Source: Candidatus Heimdallarchaeota archaeon (lineage in GTDB: Archaea; Asgardarchaeota; Heimdallarchaeia; Heimdallarchaeales; Heimdallarchaeaceae). From it: 14,037 nucleotides of DNA. The notes beneath the pieces were generated by a model that saw only the letters and a list, made by a program, of their open reading frames with translations, was not told the DNA's origin and searched no databases. Positions 1 through 7,830 of this stretch are shown here, piece after piece. The translations under genes were made by a program, and so were the position numbers. Every line of letters starts with the position of its first letter. Position 1 is the stretch's first letter. The stretch spans positions 1 through 14,037 of the forward strand of contig JAEOSZ010000015.1 of the NCBI GenBank assembly GCA_016840095.1, in the 5' to 3' direction.

Positions 1-1110
1 AAAGGATTAAGACACTGTTCAGGAAAAGAATGTATTCCATTACCTATAGTTTTAGGTCAAATTATGCATCTGATAGAGACTAGAAAGCCAGGAGAAGTAA
101 CTGGATTGTTTATGATTCGAGGTGGAAGTCCGTGTGCTGTGCATAGTTATTTCCATTTTATAGAACAATTTATTGAAGACAATAAACTGGAGAATTTCTT
201 CATATTCAGATTTGATCAGTTAACTGATTTCTTAGGTACAAGCAGAATGACAGTTGCAAAGTATGGTACCAAAGCATTACTAATAGGAGATTTAGTATTG
301 GAAGTTGAAAGTGCACTGATGGTTGTTGGAAAGGAAGGGAGTATAGAACTGTTGCATAAGTATTATAATGAATTCCTAACTAGCACTTCTTCATTGAAAG
401 AGTATGATAGAAACATCACTAAGTTCATTGATAAACTAGCAACAATACCAAGAAACGGTTCTCCAATAGATTATCCTAAAGTTCTAGTGAGTGGTGATTT
501 CTTTGTACGTTTTAGTCCATTTTTCTTAAAAGAGCTTAAAGAGATATATGCAGAGAATAATGTTCTCGTTAAATCAACAGATGTCTACGAACTAGTCTTG
601 TATACAAACTACAATTTACAACATATCATTGCTCATTTTTGGGATACAGTACCTTACAAGAAATCTACTTCATTAAGAGCATATTTTACTCTATGGTCAA
701 GATTTTCTAGACTGTATTTGATTAGTCAAATTGCACCTATAATTATGCATAGAGTGGAGAGAAAGATGAGAAAAAGATTTGAAAAAACAGGTTTGCTATT
801 TGCTGTTCGCAATGATTTAAGAGAAATCTTTTCTCAATCAAAGAATCTAATTAGTCCGTTAATATTTGGGGAAGCAATTCCAACAATAGGAAAAGGGATG
901 GAAACACTTGAAGATTCACATTTCGATTCTTTGATTCTAACAGGTCCAATGCAGTGCCTTCCATATAAAATAGCTCAAGCAGTTCTCAAGCCTATATATC
1001 TTGAACACAATATGCCGTTCTTGGTTTTTGATGTTGATATCTCAGCACTATCTCCAAACATGAAAAGATTAATTCATGCTAATATAGAACAGATAAAACG
1101 AAGAGTATAG
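1..1110 (+). CDS. C-terminal part (5'-truncated by the window) of a 2-hydroxyacyl-CoA dehydratase activator-associated / CoA-substrate-specific enzyme activase protein (COG3581-like region)
   Basis: Frame 1 is open from base 1 (KGLRHCSGKECIPLPIVLGQIM...), so the gene starts upstream of the window. The Cys motifs ECIP, GSPC and GPMQCLP, plus VLVSGDFFVR and FGEAIPTIG, match the ECxP / GPC / vGEiyvR / GEa / PFxCmP pattern of the C-terminal domains of these activases. Stop TAG at 1108-1110. Confidence 0.75.
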   Translation, partial: KGLRHCSGKECIPLPIVLGQIMHLIETRKPGEVTGLFMIRGGSPCAVHSYFHFIEQFIEDNKLENFFIFRFDQLTDFLGTSRMTVAKYGTKALLIGDLVLEVESALMVVGKEGSIELLHKYYNEFLTSTSSLKEYDRNITKFIDKLATIPRNGSPIDYPKVLVSGDFFVRFSPFFLKELKEIYAENNVLVKSTDVYELVLYTNYNLQHIIAHFWDTVPYKKSTSLRAYFTLWSRFSRLYLISQIAPIIMHRVERKMRKRFEKTGLLFAVRNDLREIFSQSKNLISPLIFGEAIPTIGKGMETLEDSHFDSLILTGPMQCLPYKIAQAVLKPIYLEHNMPFLVFDVDISALSPNMKRLIHANIEQIKRRV

Positions 1111-1130
1111 ATGATCAAAGATTTCAGCTA

Positions 1131-1158
1131 ACTTTTATTAGTGTTGAAGAATAAAAGT
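1131..1158 (+). promoter_or_regulatory. Candidate TATA box (TTTTATTA) inside a perfect 9-bp inverted repeat upstream of the metallopeptidase
   Basis: ACTTTTATT (1131-1139), 10-nt spacer, AATAAAAGT (1150-1158). The TATA-like element lies about 30 nt upstream of TTG 1170. Confidence 0.4.
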
Positions 1159-1169
1159 ATTAGATAGTC

Positions 1170-2702
1170 TTGAAAAGGGAAATATTCTTTCTTGTGTTTT
1201 TGACCTTGTTTGTAATGAGTAATCAACCTTATTCTGCAGAAGGAATTATAGATATTGAAGAACCATCTTTCCCAAAGAAAATAACTGATTTAGATTCTAG
1301 ACATTCAAAAGGAAATCTCGATTCAGACTATACTCTGAATTTCGAGGAATTTGGAAATCAAGAAATTTTCTGGATGTATAATTTTCACACTTCAACCAAT
1401 TATGAGATAAATGCAACGCTTCTCGCTGTAGGAACATGGTGTTACATTTATGTAGATAATGATACAATTGAACAAGATGGTATTGAAGGATGGATTGATG
1501 ATTGTGAATTTTATAGAGAGGAATTTGATTCAACCATCTATCCAAAAGCTGTTGAATTCGCAGGTCACCCCGATGGTAATACAGGAGATGTTGACGGAGA
1601 TCCTCATGTAACAATACTCTTTTCTCAAATTACAGGGGCTACAGGCTATTATGCTTTTGTTCATGATATGACAATTCACTATTATTCAAACAGGAGAGAA
1701 ATGATCTTTATTGATCCAAGGATTGATTTGTTTGAAGTTATGATAACCATTCCTCATGAATTCAATCACTTAATCTGGGGTAATAATGAAGCAGAAGAAG
1801 CTATATTTCTTGTAGAAGGAGGAGCAGAATATGCAACCTATTATACCGGATATCTAATGAATGATTCTTATCTAATAGCTGGTCAAGATTATAATTTAAC
1901 AGATTTCGAATATTATTTTCGAATACATCCTGAAGTGTCTCTTCTTTGTTTTGATAGAGATAATGATGATGTTAGAATTCATTATGCTAATTCGTACATG
2001 TTTTACTTCTATTTCGCTGAGAAGTATGGCTTAGCAGCAGCTCAAGAGCTGATACATACAGAAGAAGATGGGATACAAGCAATAGAACTAGTTTTATCAA
2101 ATCATGGATATGATGTCTCATTCAATGATGTATATTTAGATTGGATTACAGCTTGCACATTAGATTTAGAAGGCGTTTATAATAATCTATATTCACTAAA
2201 TAATGCTAATTTCAAAATAAGTGCTGTAACAGAAGTCTTAGATACAAGACTTAGTGAGACTGATGTTCTTTACGAATACTATGGATTTCAAGTGAAGAAG
2301 CTTCTTACTCCAACAGATGAATTCACTCTTCAAATAACCTCTCCACGAGATCAATATGGTTTAGGAATAGTTGTAGCAATATATGATAAGAATGGGTGGA
2401 ACATCACTCAAAACTTAGTTTTTGAAGAAAATGATTTGATAAACTATTATTGTTCTGGAGATGAAATTGAATATGCATATGTTTTAACCAGTTTGATGAA
2501 GGAGTCTCCAAATGCACCAATAGTATCCTATCCCGCACCAACAGACAATCTGAATTTTACAATCACAGAAGGTCATATTATTCCTGCAACACCTACTGAG
2601 AAAAGCCTATATTATTTTGCCTTTAGCACTTTATTCGGAATTATAGTTTGTTCAATAATTTATAGGCATAAGAAAGTAAATAGGGTTGGAAAAAACTTTT
2701 GA
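1170..2702 (+). CDS. Secreted, C-terminally membrane-anchored zinc metallopeptidase (gluzincin; M30/hyicolysin- or M6-like)
   Basis: N-terminal signal peptide (MKREIFFLVFLTLFVM...SAEG). DVDGDPHVTILF segment is typical of M30-like peptidases. HEFNH zinc motif at 1755-1769 with the downstream third ligand in LVEGGAEY (Glu codon 1815). C-terminal TM helix followed by a basic tail (YRHKK). TTG start. Confidence 0.8.
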   Translation: MKREIFFLVFLTLFVMSNQPYSAEGIIDIEEPSFPKKITDLDSRHSKGNLDSDYTLNFEEFGNQEIFWMYNFHTSTNYEINATLLAVGTWCYIYVDNDTIEQDGIEGWIDDCEFYREEFDSTIYPKAVEFAGHPDGNTGDVDGDPHVTILFSQITGATGYYAFVHDMTIHYYSNRREMIFIDPRIDLFEVMITIPHEFNHLIWGNNEAEEAIFLVEGGAEYATYYTGYLMNDSYLIAGQDYNLTDFEYYFRIHPEVSLLCFDRDNDDVRIHYANSYMFYFYFAEKYGLAAAQELIHTEEDGIQAIELVLSNHGYDVSFNDVYLDWITACTLDLEGVYNNLYSLNNANFKISAVTEVLDTRLSETDVLYEYYGFQVKKLLTPTDEFTLQITSPRDQYGLGIVVAIYDKNGWNITQNLVFEENDLINYYCSGDEIEYAYVLTSLMKESPNAPIVSYPAPTDNLNFTITEGHIIPATPTEKSLYYFAFSTLFGIIVCSIIYRHKKVNRVGKNF

Positions 2703-2724
2703 ATTAATACTAGTAAGATTTACT

Positions 2725-2949
2725 ATGACAATTGAGGGTTTTAAGAGAATAAATGATATCAAATACACAAACATAGTTCTGATTGTAGTAGGTTTACTTG
2801 GAATGGTAGGTTCAGCACTTTTAGCTTTAATTAAGTTTGCTGATAATACAGCTATTGCTATTGTTTTAGCTATCTTTAGTGGAGTAGCACTGCTAATAGC
2901 AGCAATTCAAGAAGTAGAAAGAACAATAATTGAAACCAGAAACAAATAA
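2725..2949 (+). CDS. Small hypothetical membrane protein with two TM helices (74 aa)
   Basis: Two hydrophobic stretches (IVLIVVGLLGMVGSALLALI; AIAIVLAIFSGVALLIAAI). ATG 2725 is preferred over TTG 2686, which overlaps the upstream gene. Confidence 0.7.
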   Translation: MTIEGFKRINDIKYTNIVLIVVGLLGMVGSALLALIKFADNTAIAIVLAIFSGVALLIAAIQEVERTIIETRNK

Positions 2950-3069
2950 CTTACTTAATTCAAGGTTATGTTTTGCTAAACTTGTAACTAGTGAGAAATT
3001 CTTATTTTCATGTTTTGATTGGGAAAAAATACCGTTTTTGCGTGTTTATATAGTGAAAAAAATCAACAA

Positions 3070-3097
3070 CTTTGGGCATCTTTATAGGTGTTCAAAG
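3070..3097 (+). promoter_or_regulatory. Candidate TATA box (TTTATA, 3081-3086) flanked by an imperfect inverted repeat
   Basis: CTTTGGGCATC-TTTATA-GGTGTTCAAAG. The box ends about 33 nt upstream of ATG 3120. Confidence 0.4.
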
Positions 3098-3119
3098 CTC
3101 AGCAAAAGTGTGTGAAATT

Positions 3120-4118
3120 ATGTATAAATTAGAATTGAAAGGAACCTATTATGAGATAGGAAAACAGATAGGGAAAGCCCTTGAAAAAGTTAAGAGTTAT
3201 CCTCCGAAATTTTCTAAAGAAGTATTAGAGAAATCTCATGCATATGAAGAAGTAGCAAAGAAGTATACTCCTGATCTTCTAGAAGAATTTAGAGGATTAG
3301 CTGATCAATTGGATATAGATTATTATGTTCCAATAACTCTAGAATTAACTCCTTATAGATTTCAAATGACTAATTGTTTAGTGTATGCAGTTTCCGGTGA
3401 ACATACAAAGAGTGGTTTTCCTGTCCTTGCCAGAAGTCATGAGTGGAAAGAGGAAGAGAAAGATAACTTAGCAGTATGTCATACAGCACCTAAAGATAAG
3501 CTAAAGAGTCTTGGATTCACTTTCCATTGGCCACTTGTTTCAAGGTATGGCGGAATGAATGAAGCTGGTTTGGCAATATCAAGTGCATCTGCAACTTTTG
3601 ATAATTCTGGACCAGGAATTATTCTTAACATTGCAACAAGATGGATCTTGGATAACTGCAAAACTACAAAAGAAGCAGTTAAGTTCTTAGAGAAGATGCC
3701 TAAAGTTTGGGGAGAATCTTACATGATAGTTGATAAAGAAAATACTATTGCAAAGGTTCAAACTCATAGTAAGAAGACTATAACTAAATATTCTGATATT
3801 GGATTTGAAAGTGTTACAATGCAATATGATTCGTCTGAATTACTATCATATGTAAACGATAGCTGGGAAGGTCAAGACAAGGTACATTCATCAAGACAAA
3901 ATTATCTGAATAATTGGTTTGATAATAATAAAGGAAGAATAGATGATGAAATGATTAGAGAGACTCTTAAGAATCACGAACATCAAATGTGTTCTCATGA
4001 AGTAGAGGGTTTAGAGATATGCTGGTCATATATTCTAACTCTAGGGAAGAAAGAAGCTTTACTATGTGCTGGAAGACCTTGCAAGAATGAATTCATAGGA
4101 GTGAAAACTCCTCATTAG
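3120..4118 (+). CDS. Peptidase C45 family Ntn-hydrolase (acyl-CoA:6-aminopenicillanate acyltransferase-like)
   Basis: N-terminal propeptide LKGTYYEIGKQIG...PDLLEEFRGLAD. Nucleophile Cys at 3375-3377 (TN|CLVYAV). Also GMNEAGLAI, RWILDNCKTTKEAVKFL, HSSR and a C-terminal GRPC. ATG 3120 is preferred over TTG 3072. Confidence 0.85.
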   Translation: MYKLELKGTYYEIGKQIGKALEKVKSYPPKFSKEVLEKSHAYEEVAKKYTPDLLEEFRGLADQLDIDYYVPITLELTPYRFQMTNCLVYAVSGEHTKSGFPVLARSHEWKEEEKDNLAVCHTAPKDKLKSLGFTFHWPLVSRYGGMNEAGLAISSASATFDNSGPGIILNIATRWILDNCKTTKEAVKFLEKMPKVWGESYMIVDKENTIAKVQTHSKKTITKYSDIGFESVTMQYDSSELLSYVNDSWEGQDKVHSSRQNYLNNWFDNNKGRIDDEMIRETLKNHEHQMCSHEVEGLEICWSYILTLGKKEALLCAGRPCKNEFIGVKTPH

Positions 4119-4137
4119 TTTTATTTCGTTCTAAATA

Positions 4138-4156
4138 GTTTCACAAAGGTTTCAAC
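4138..4156 (+). promoter_or_regulatory. GTTTCA direct repeat at 11-nt spacing (candidate operator)
   Basis: GTTTCAC at 4138 and GTTTCAA at 4149, bracketed by two copies of TTCTAAATAG (4129, 4161). A similar motif occurs at 5259-5304. Confidence 0.35.
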
Positions 4157-4246
4157 AAGCTTCTAAATAGAGATAAAAACCTACATTTTTCTGTGAACAA
4201 TGCTGTAGGAAATGTTTTTTTATGTAAAACGAAGATAGAATCAATA

Positions 4247-5245
4247 TTGCATAGAAAAACCATTAGGATATTAATGCTATTCATTTCGATATCTTTAGTG
4301 GTACCCTTATCAAACTATAGTGTTTGTTATTCATTTGATAACTCTGAATGTAAATCTGCTGAAATTAACCAACATGAAATTATTATTAATAATCATGAAG
4401 CACGTATAGATCTCACAGATCCAACAAATGTTTTCATTGTAGAAACTTTCGAAATTCAGAATAACTTGAGCTCACCTTTACTCTCCTGTGAGTTATGGTT
4501 CAATGAATCTTTCTCAATAAATCATATAGAAGAAGATAATCAAGTAATTTCAAATTATGAAAAAAATAACTCAACTAATTCGATTTTGATAAATTTTCAA
4601 ATAGCTTTAGATCAAAATGAAACTAAAGTCATTGAGTTTCACTACTACTTACTTGATACAGTTCAATTAATCGAAAACGAATACTACGAATTCTTCTTTA
4701 GATATTTCAGATCATACTATACAATGACTGAATTCTTTCAAGTTAGATTACCTCAAAACAGCGATATACATGAAGGAAATAGTTCCGTACTCCCTTTTAC
4801 AGATTCTCCAACATGGCGAGGAGGGAGTTTATTTATAGAATGGATATACACTAATTTAGAGCCTGGAAGTACAAATTGGTTAATGATAAAGTTTGATGAA
4901 CCTCCCAAAAAACCTCCTGTCTGGATATTCATCTTAGGACCATTAGCAGGAGTAGCTTGTGGAATAGGGGGAACTGTTTGGTTTATGAAGAAAAGAGAAA
5001 CAAAAGCATTGAAGGAAATTGGTAAGATTCTTCTTACAGAAAATGAGAAATTTATTCTTAGACTAATTAGTGAAAATGGAGGGAAAATTTCTCAAAAGGA
5101 TTTGTGTATTGAAACTGAGTTTACAAAATCAAAGATTTCCAGAAACTTGGTTTCTCTTGAAAAAAACGAGCTAATAACTAGAGAAAAATGGGGTAGAAAT
5201 TATCAGATCTACATAACTGATCTAGGAAGAAAGGTGGTTGAATGA
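4247..5245 (+). CDS. Membrane-anchored winged-HTH transcription regulator (COG2512-like): signal peptide, extracellular beta domain, TM helix, cytoplasmic wHTH
   Basis: TTG 4247 gives a clean signal peptide (MHRKTIRILMLFISISLVVPL); alternative starts are GTG 4193 and ATG 4274. TM helix VWIFILGPLAGVACGIGGTVWFM-KKR. C-terminal LTENEKFILRLISENGGKISQKDLCIETEFTKSKISRNLVSLEKNELITREKWGRNYQIYIT is a MarR-like wHTH. Confidence 0.85.
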   Translation: MHRKTIRILMLFISISLVVPLSNYSVCYSFDNSECKSAEINQHEIIINNHEARIDLTDPTNVFIVETFEIQNNLSSPLLSCELWFNESFSINHIEEDNQVISNYEKNNSTNSILINFQIALDQNETKVIEFHYYLLDTVQLIENEYYEFFFRYFRSYYTMTEFFQVRLPQNSDIHEGNSSVLPFTDSPTWRGGSLFIEWIYTNLEPGSTNWLMIKFDEPPKKPPVWIFILGPLAGVACGIGGTVWFMKKRETKALKEIGKILLTENEKFILRLISENGGKISQKDLCIETEFTKSKISRNLVSLEKNELITREKWGRNYQIYITDLGRKVVE

Positions 5246-5258
5246 GAAGAGTAGAACA

Positions 5259-5304
5259 GTTCCAAATAACACAAAAATCGTTTCAATATTCTTTCAATTT
5301 GAAA
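5259..5304 (+). promoter_or_regulatory. Helically phased (G/C)TT(T/C)CAA repeats and a palindrome upstream of the beta-helix gene (candidate operator)
   Basis: GTTCCAA at 5259, GTTTCAA at 5280, CTTTCAA at 5291, and the palindrome TTTCAA-T-TTGAAA at 5292-5304. Confidence 0.35.
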
Positions 5305-5351
5305 TCACACAGCTGTTCATATCAGATGAAAATATTATCTAAGTGAGGAAA

Positions 5352-7754
5352 ATGAAAATAACAAGAAGAAATCTAATAATAATCTCTCTCTCTGTATTTT
5401 TAGCTGCAACAATATTTACAGTTGCTTTTGTCACTGTTATATACAGACCAACTAAATTAAAACAACACAGCCCAATCGTTATTTGGGGAGATGAAGATTT
5501 TGAGAATTATAAATTTCCAGGTAGAGGAACTAAATCAAACCCTTACCTGATTCAAAATTTAAACATAACATCAGATATACATGAGTTAATATTCGTTACT
5601 AACACAACAAAACATTTCATTATTCAAAACTGTTATTTGAAAGGACTTCCTACTGAAATTGTTTCTTCCGGAATTGTAATTGAAAATACAGCAGATAATA
5701 CAGTAAAGATATCTGAAAATACTATAGAGATTCCCTATGCTTCTCCCTTTTGGGGGGGAAGAGGAATTCGAGTAGAGAACTCTAGTAATATACTAATTAA
5801 TAATAACAAAATCATTTCTCCATCTGTTTCATTCTATCATAATCTAGATAATTTTTATAGTATTATAGTAAGAGATAGTCTAGGAGCTAAGATAGAAAAT
5901 AATGAGATTACCGATTTAATCTGTCTTAATTCACCTTTATTATCACTAATAGAAAATTATGCAAGCCATTCTATTAGAATTTGGGATTCAGAATCGTCAA
6001 TGATTATAAATAACATAGTTGAAAATGAAGGCTACTTTGTAGATAATTCAGAAAATAGTACAATTGTTGGTAATATCATAACAGATTCAGGTGAAATTAT
6101 TTTGATTGATATTCGCTATTCAACAGTGACAAATAACCAAATCATAAATGGCGGTTTTAAAATAGCTGATACTAATCTAACTGTTGAAAACAATTTTGTC
6201 AACAACAAGGAACTGGGTTTCTTTGCTAATCAAATTGATATGACATTAATCTCTAATCAATTTGGTCAAATAATACTTATCAATTGCACTAGTTCTACTA
6301 TTAAGAATCAAGAAATTACAAATACAACGAATGCTATAGACATTCTAACAAGCACAAATATTACAATAGAGGAAAATATATTAGAAAACAATGTCAATGG
6401 AATTAGCATATTTAATTCGAATTCTTCGAATATTGTAAATAACACTTGCATTGATAATTCTGCAGGAATTGGCTCTGTTGAATCTACAACACTAAAAATA
6501 CTAAGCAACGATCTCATTGATAATTCCAACGGGATCCACATTTTTAATTCAAGTTTAACAGATATATCAAATAACACTTGCATTAATAATGGAGATGGAA
6601 TTCTTACTGTTTATTCTACAAATCTCAATATTCTGAGTAACGAAAATTATTATAACTATTATGGAATAAGTATACATTCTTTGGATTCTTCAACGATTAT
6701 CAATAACACTTGTAATTATAATATACGCGAGGGTCTGTGGATAGTAACCAGTTCAAATCTAGAGATTGTAAATAACACATGCAACTTTAACCATAAGGGC
6801 ATACTTGTAGAGTATTCATCTAATATATTAGTAGATGGAAATACAGTATCATTTAATCGATTAGGAATAGGAGTACAATGGTGCTTAGATATGGAGATCT
6901 TTAACAATGAAATGTATGGGGTAGGACTTCGTTTTGCATATGATGGTTCTCCAGATAGTATGCTTTCATATAATGTTTTGAACAATACATTAGATGGCAA
7001 GAAAATTGTATATTACAAGAATATGAAGAATACAAGCCTTCCTTCAGAAACATTCGGTCAGGTATTTTTGGTAAACTGTAGTAGATTTACTATAGAGAAC
7101 CAAGTTTTTGAAGGTTCGAACGAATTTATAGAATTTAACCATTGTAATGAAATATTCATCCGTAATTCTACCTTTTTGAATGTCAGCCGTGCATTAGAAT
7201 TTATCTTCTGTGAGGAAGTATTTGTTGAAAATACAACTTTTACGAATAGCAGTGGTGAAATTGTCGATTTTTATAACTCAAAAGACTGTTTTATATTAAA
7301 TAACACGTTTGAGAAAGGAGGAGAATTTAATCTTTACCTAAACTCAAATTTCTCTATTATCAATAATGTGTTTTCAGAACTGGATCAATTTCGTATTTTT
7401 AGTAATTCAAATTTTACATTCGCTAATAACTCTTTCATAAAGAATGTTCATGCGATTACTGGACATTATATATGGTATTGCACATTCAAATACAATCTAT
7501 TTCTTCAAAATGAATATTATGGAATAAATCTAGGTGGTTATTCAGGAGGAAATATTATACACCATAATGCGTTTATAGATAATAATTTAGGCGGAACTAG
7601 TCAAGCTAGAGACGTTGGGCCTAGTATTTCAATATGGTACGATGAAATATCTCTTGAGGGGAATTTTTGGAATGATTATGTTTCAGGAACCTATTCTATA
7701 GATGGAGATGCTGGTTCAGTTGATCCTTACCCTCTACTAACTAATCCATTATAA
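5352..7754 (+). CDS. N-terminally anchored right-handed parallel beta-helix (NosD/PbH1/CASH-type) cell-surface glycoprotein
   Basis: N-terminal basic residues plus a TM helix. FPGRGTKSNPYLIQN cap, many 22-23 aa GI...S.N..I.NN repeats, C-terminal HHNAFIDN...GNFWNDY...DPYPL cap and abundant N-x-S/T sequons. ATG 5352 is preceded by the SD-like GTGAGG; GTG 5343 is an alternative start. Confidence 0.9.
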   Translation: MKITRRNLIIISLSVFLAATIFTVAFVTVIYRPTKLKQHSPIVIWGDEDFENYKFPGRGTKSNPYLIQNLNITSDIHELIFVTNTTKHFIIQNCYLKGLPTEIVSSGIVIENTADNTVKISENTIEIPYASPFWGGRGIRVENSSNILINNNKIISPSVSFYHNLDNFYSIIVRDSLGAKIENNEITDLICLNSPLLSLIENYASHSIRIWDSESSMIINNIVENEGYFVDNSENSTIVGNIITDSGEIILIDIRYSTVTNNQIINGGFKIADTNLTVENNFVNNKELGFFANQIDMTLISNQFGQIILINCTSSTIKNQEITNTTNAIDILTSTNITIEENILENNVNGISIFNSNSSNIVNNTCIDNSAGIGSVESTTLKILSNDLIDNSNGIHIFNSSLTDISNNTCINNGDGILTVYSTNLNILSNENYYNYYGISIHSLDSSTIINNTCNYNIREGLWIVTSSNLEIVNNTCNFNHKGILVEYSSNILVDGNTVSFNRLGIGVQWCLDMEIFNNEMYGVGLRFAYDGSPDSMLSYNVLNNTLDGKKIVYYKNMKNTSLPSETFGQVFLVNCSRFTIENQVFEGSNEFIEFNHCNEIFIRNSTFLNVSRALEFIFCEEVFVENTTFTNSSGEIVDFYNSKDCFILNNTFEKGGEFNLYLNSNFSIINNVFSELDQFRIFSNSNFTFANNSFIKNVHAITGHYIWYCTFKYNLFLQNEYYGINLGGYSGGNIIHHNAFIDNNLGGTSQARDVGPSISIWYDEISLEGNFWNDYVSGTYSIDGDAGSVDPYPLLTNPL
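6438..6791 (+). repeat. Intragenic 132-bp-period repeat (two beta-helix turns per unit)
   Basis: AATAACACTTG occurs at 6438, 6570 and 6702 (exact 132-nt spacing), with the variant AATAACACATGC at 6771. Each copy encodes NNTC. Confidence 0.75.
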
Positions 7755-7774
7755 TCTCTTTTTTCTCTTTTTTT
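7753..7774 (+). terminator. Oligo-T archaeal intrinsic terminator candidate after the beta-helix gene
   Basis: AATCTCTTTTTTCTCTTTTTTT directly at the stop codon, in a convergent intergenic region. Confidence 0.5.
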
Positions 7775-7830
7775 AATAATCTCTTATTTCTGAATCCGTA
7801 CTCCTTTCTTATCTTTTTCTCCTCTTCTAG
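7773..7830 (-). pseudogene. 3' remnant of a second DUF3795 allele (last ~20 codons, frameshifted)
   Basis: The minus strand reads CTA GAA GAG GAG aa AAA GAT AAG AAA GGA GTA CGG ATT CAG aa ATA AGA GAT TAT TAA = LEEE/KDKKGVRIQ/IRDY*, compared with the intact C-terminus LEEEERKGKEGVRIQDIRDY* (8984-9046). Two small deletions and several synonymous differences. Confidence 0.75.

Noticed and set aside
1297-1614. 105-aa minus-strand ORF
   Set aside because: Lies wholly antisense to the well-supported metallopeptidase and has shadow-like composition.
2930-3115. 61-aa plus-strand ORF
   Set aside because: Overlaps the upstream gene and the C45 promoter region, with no recognisable motifs.
3479-3661. 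60-aa minus-strand ORF
   Set aside because: Antisense shadow of the C45 gene.
4138-5304. GTTTCAA motifs as CRISPR repeat ends
   Set aside because: Only 6-7 nt match, with no 25-40 nt repeat/spacer periodicity and no cas genes.
5752-5758. G7 tract in the beta-helix gene as a phase-variation switch
   Set aside because: Short, in frame and explained by Trp-Gly-Gly codons; read-level length variation would be needed to support it.
6308-7000. Two minus-strand ORFs (6308-6583 and 6716-7000)
   Set aside because: Antisense shadows of Asn/Ile-rich beta-helix repeats.
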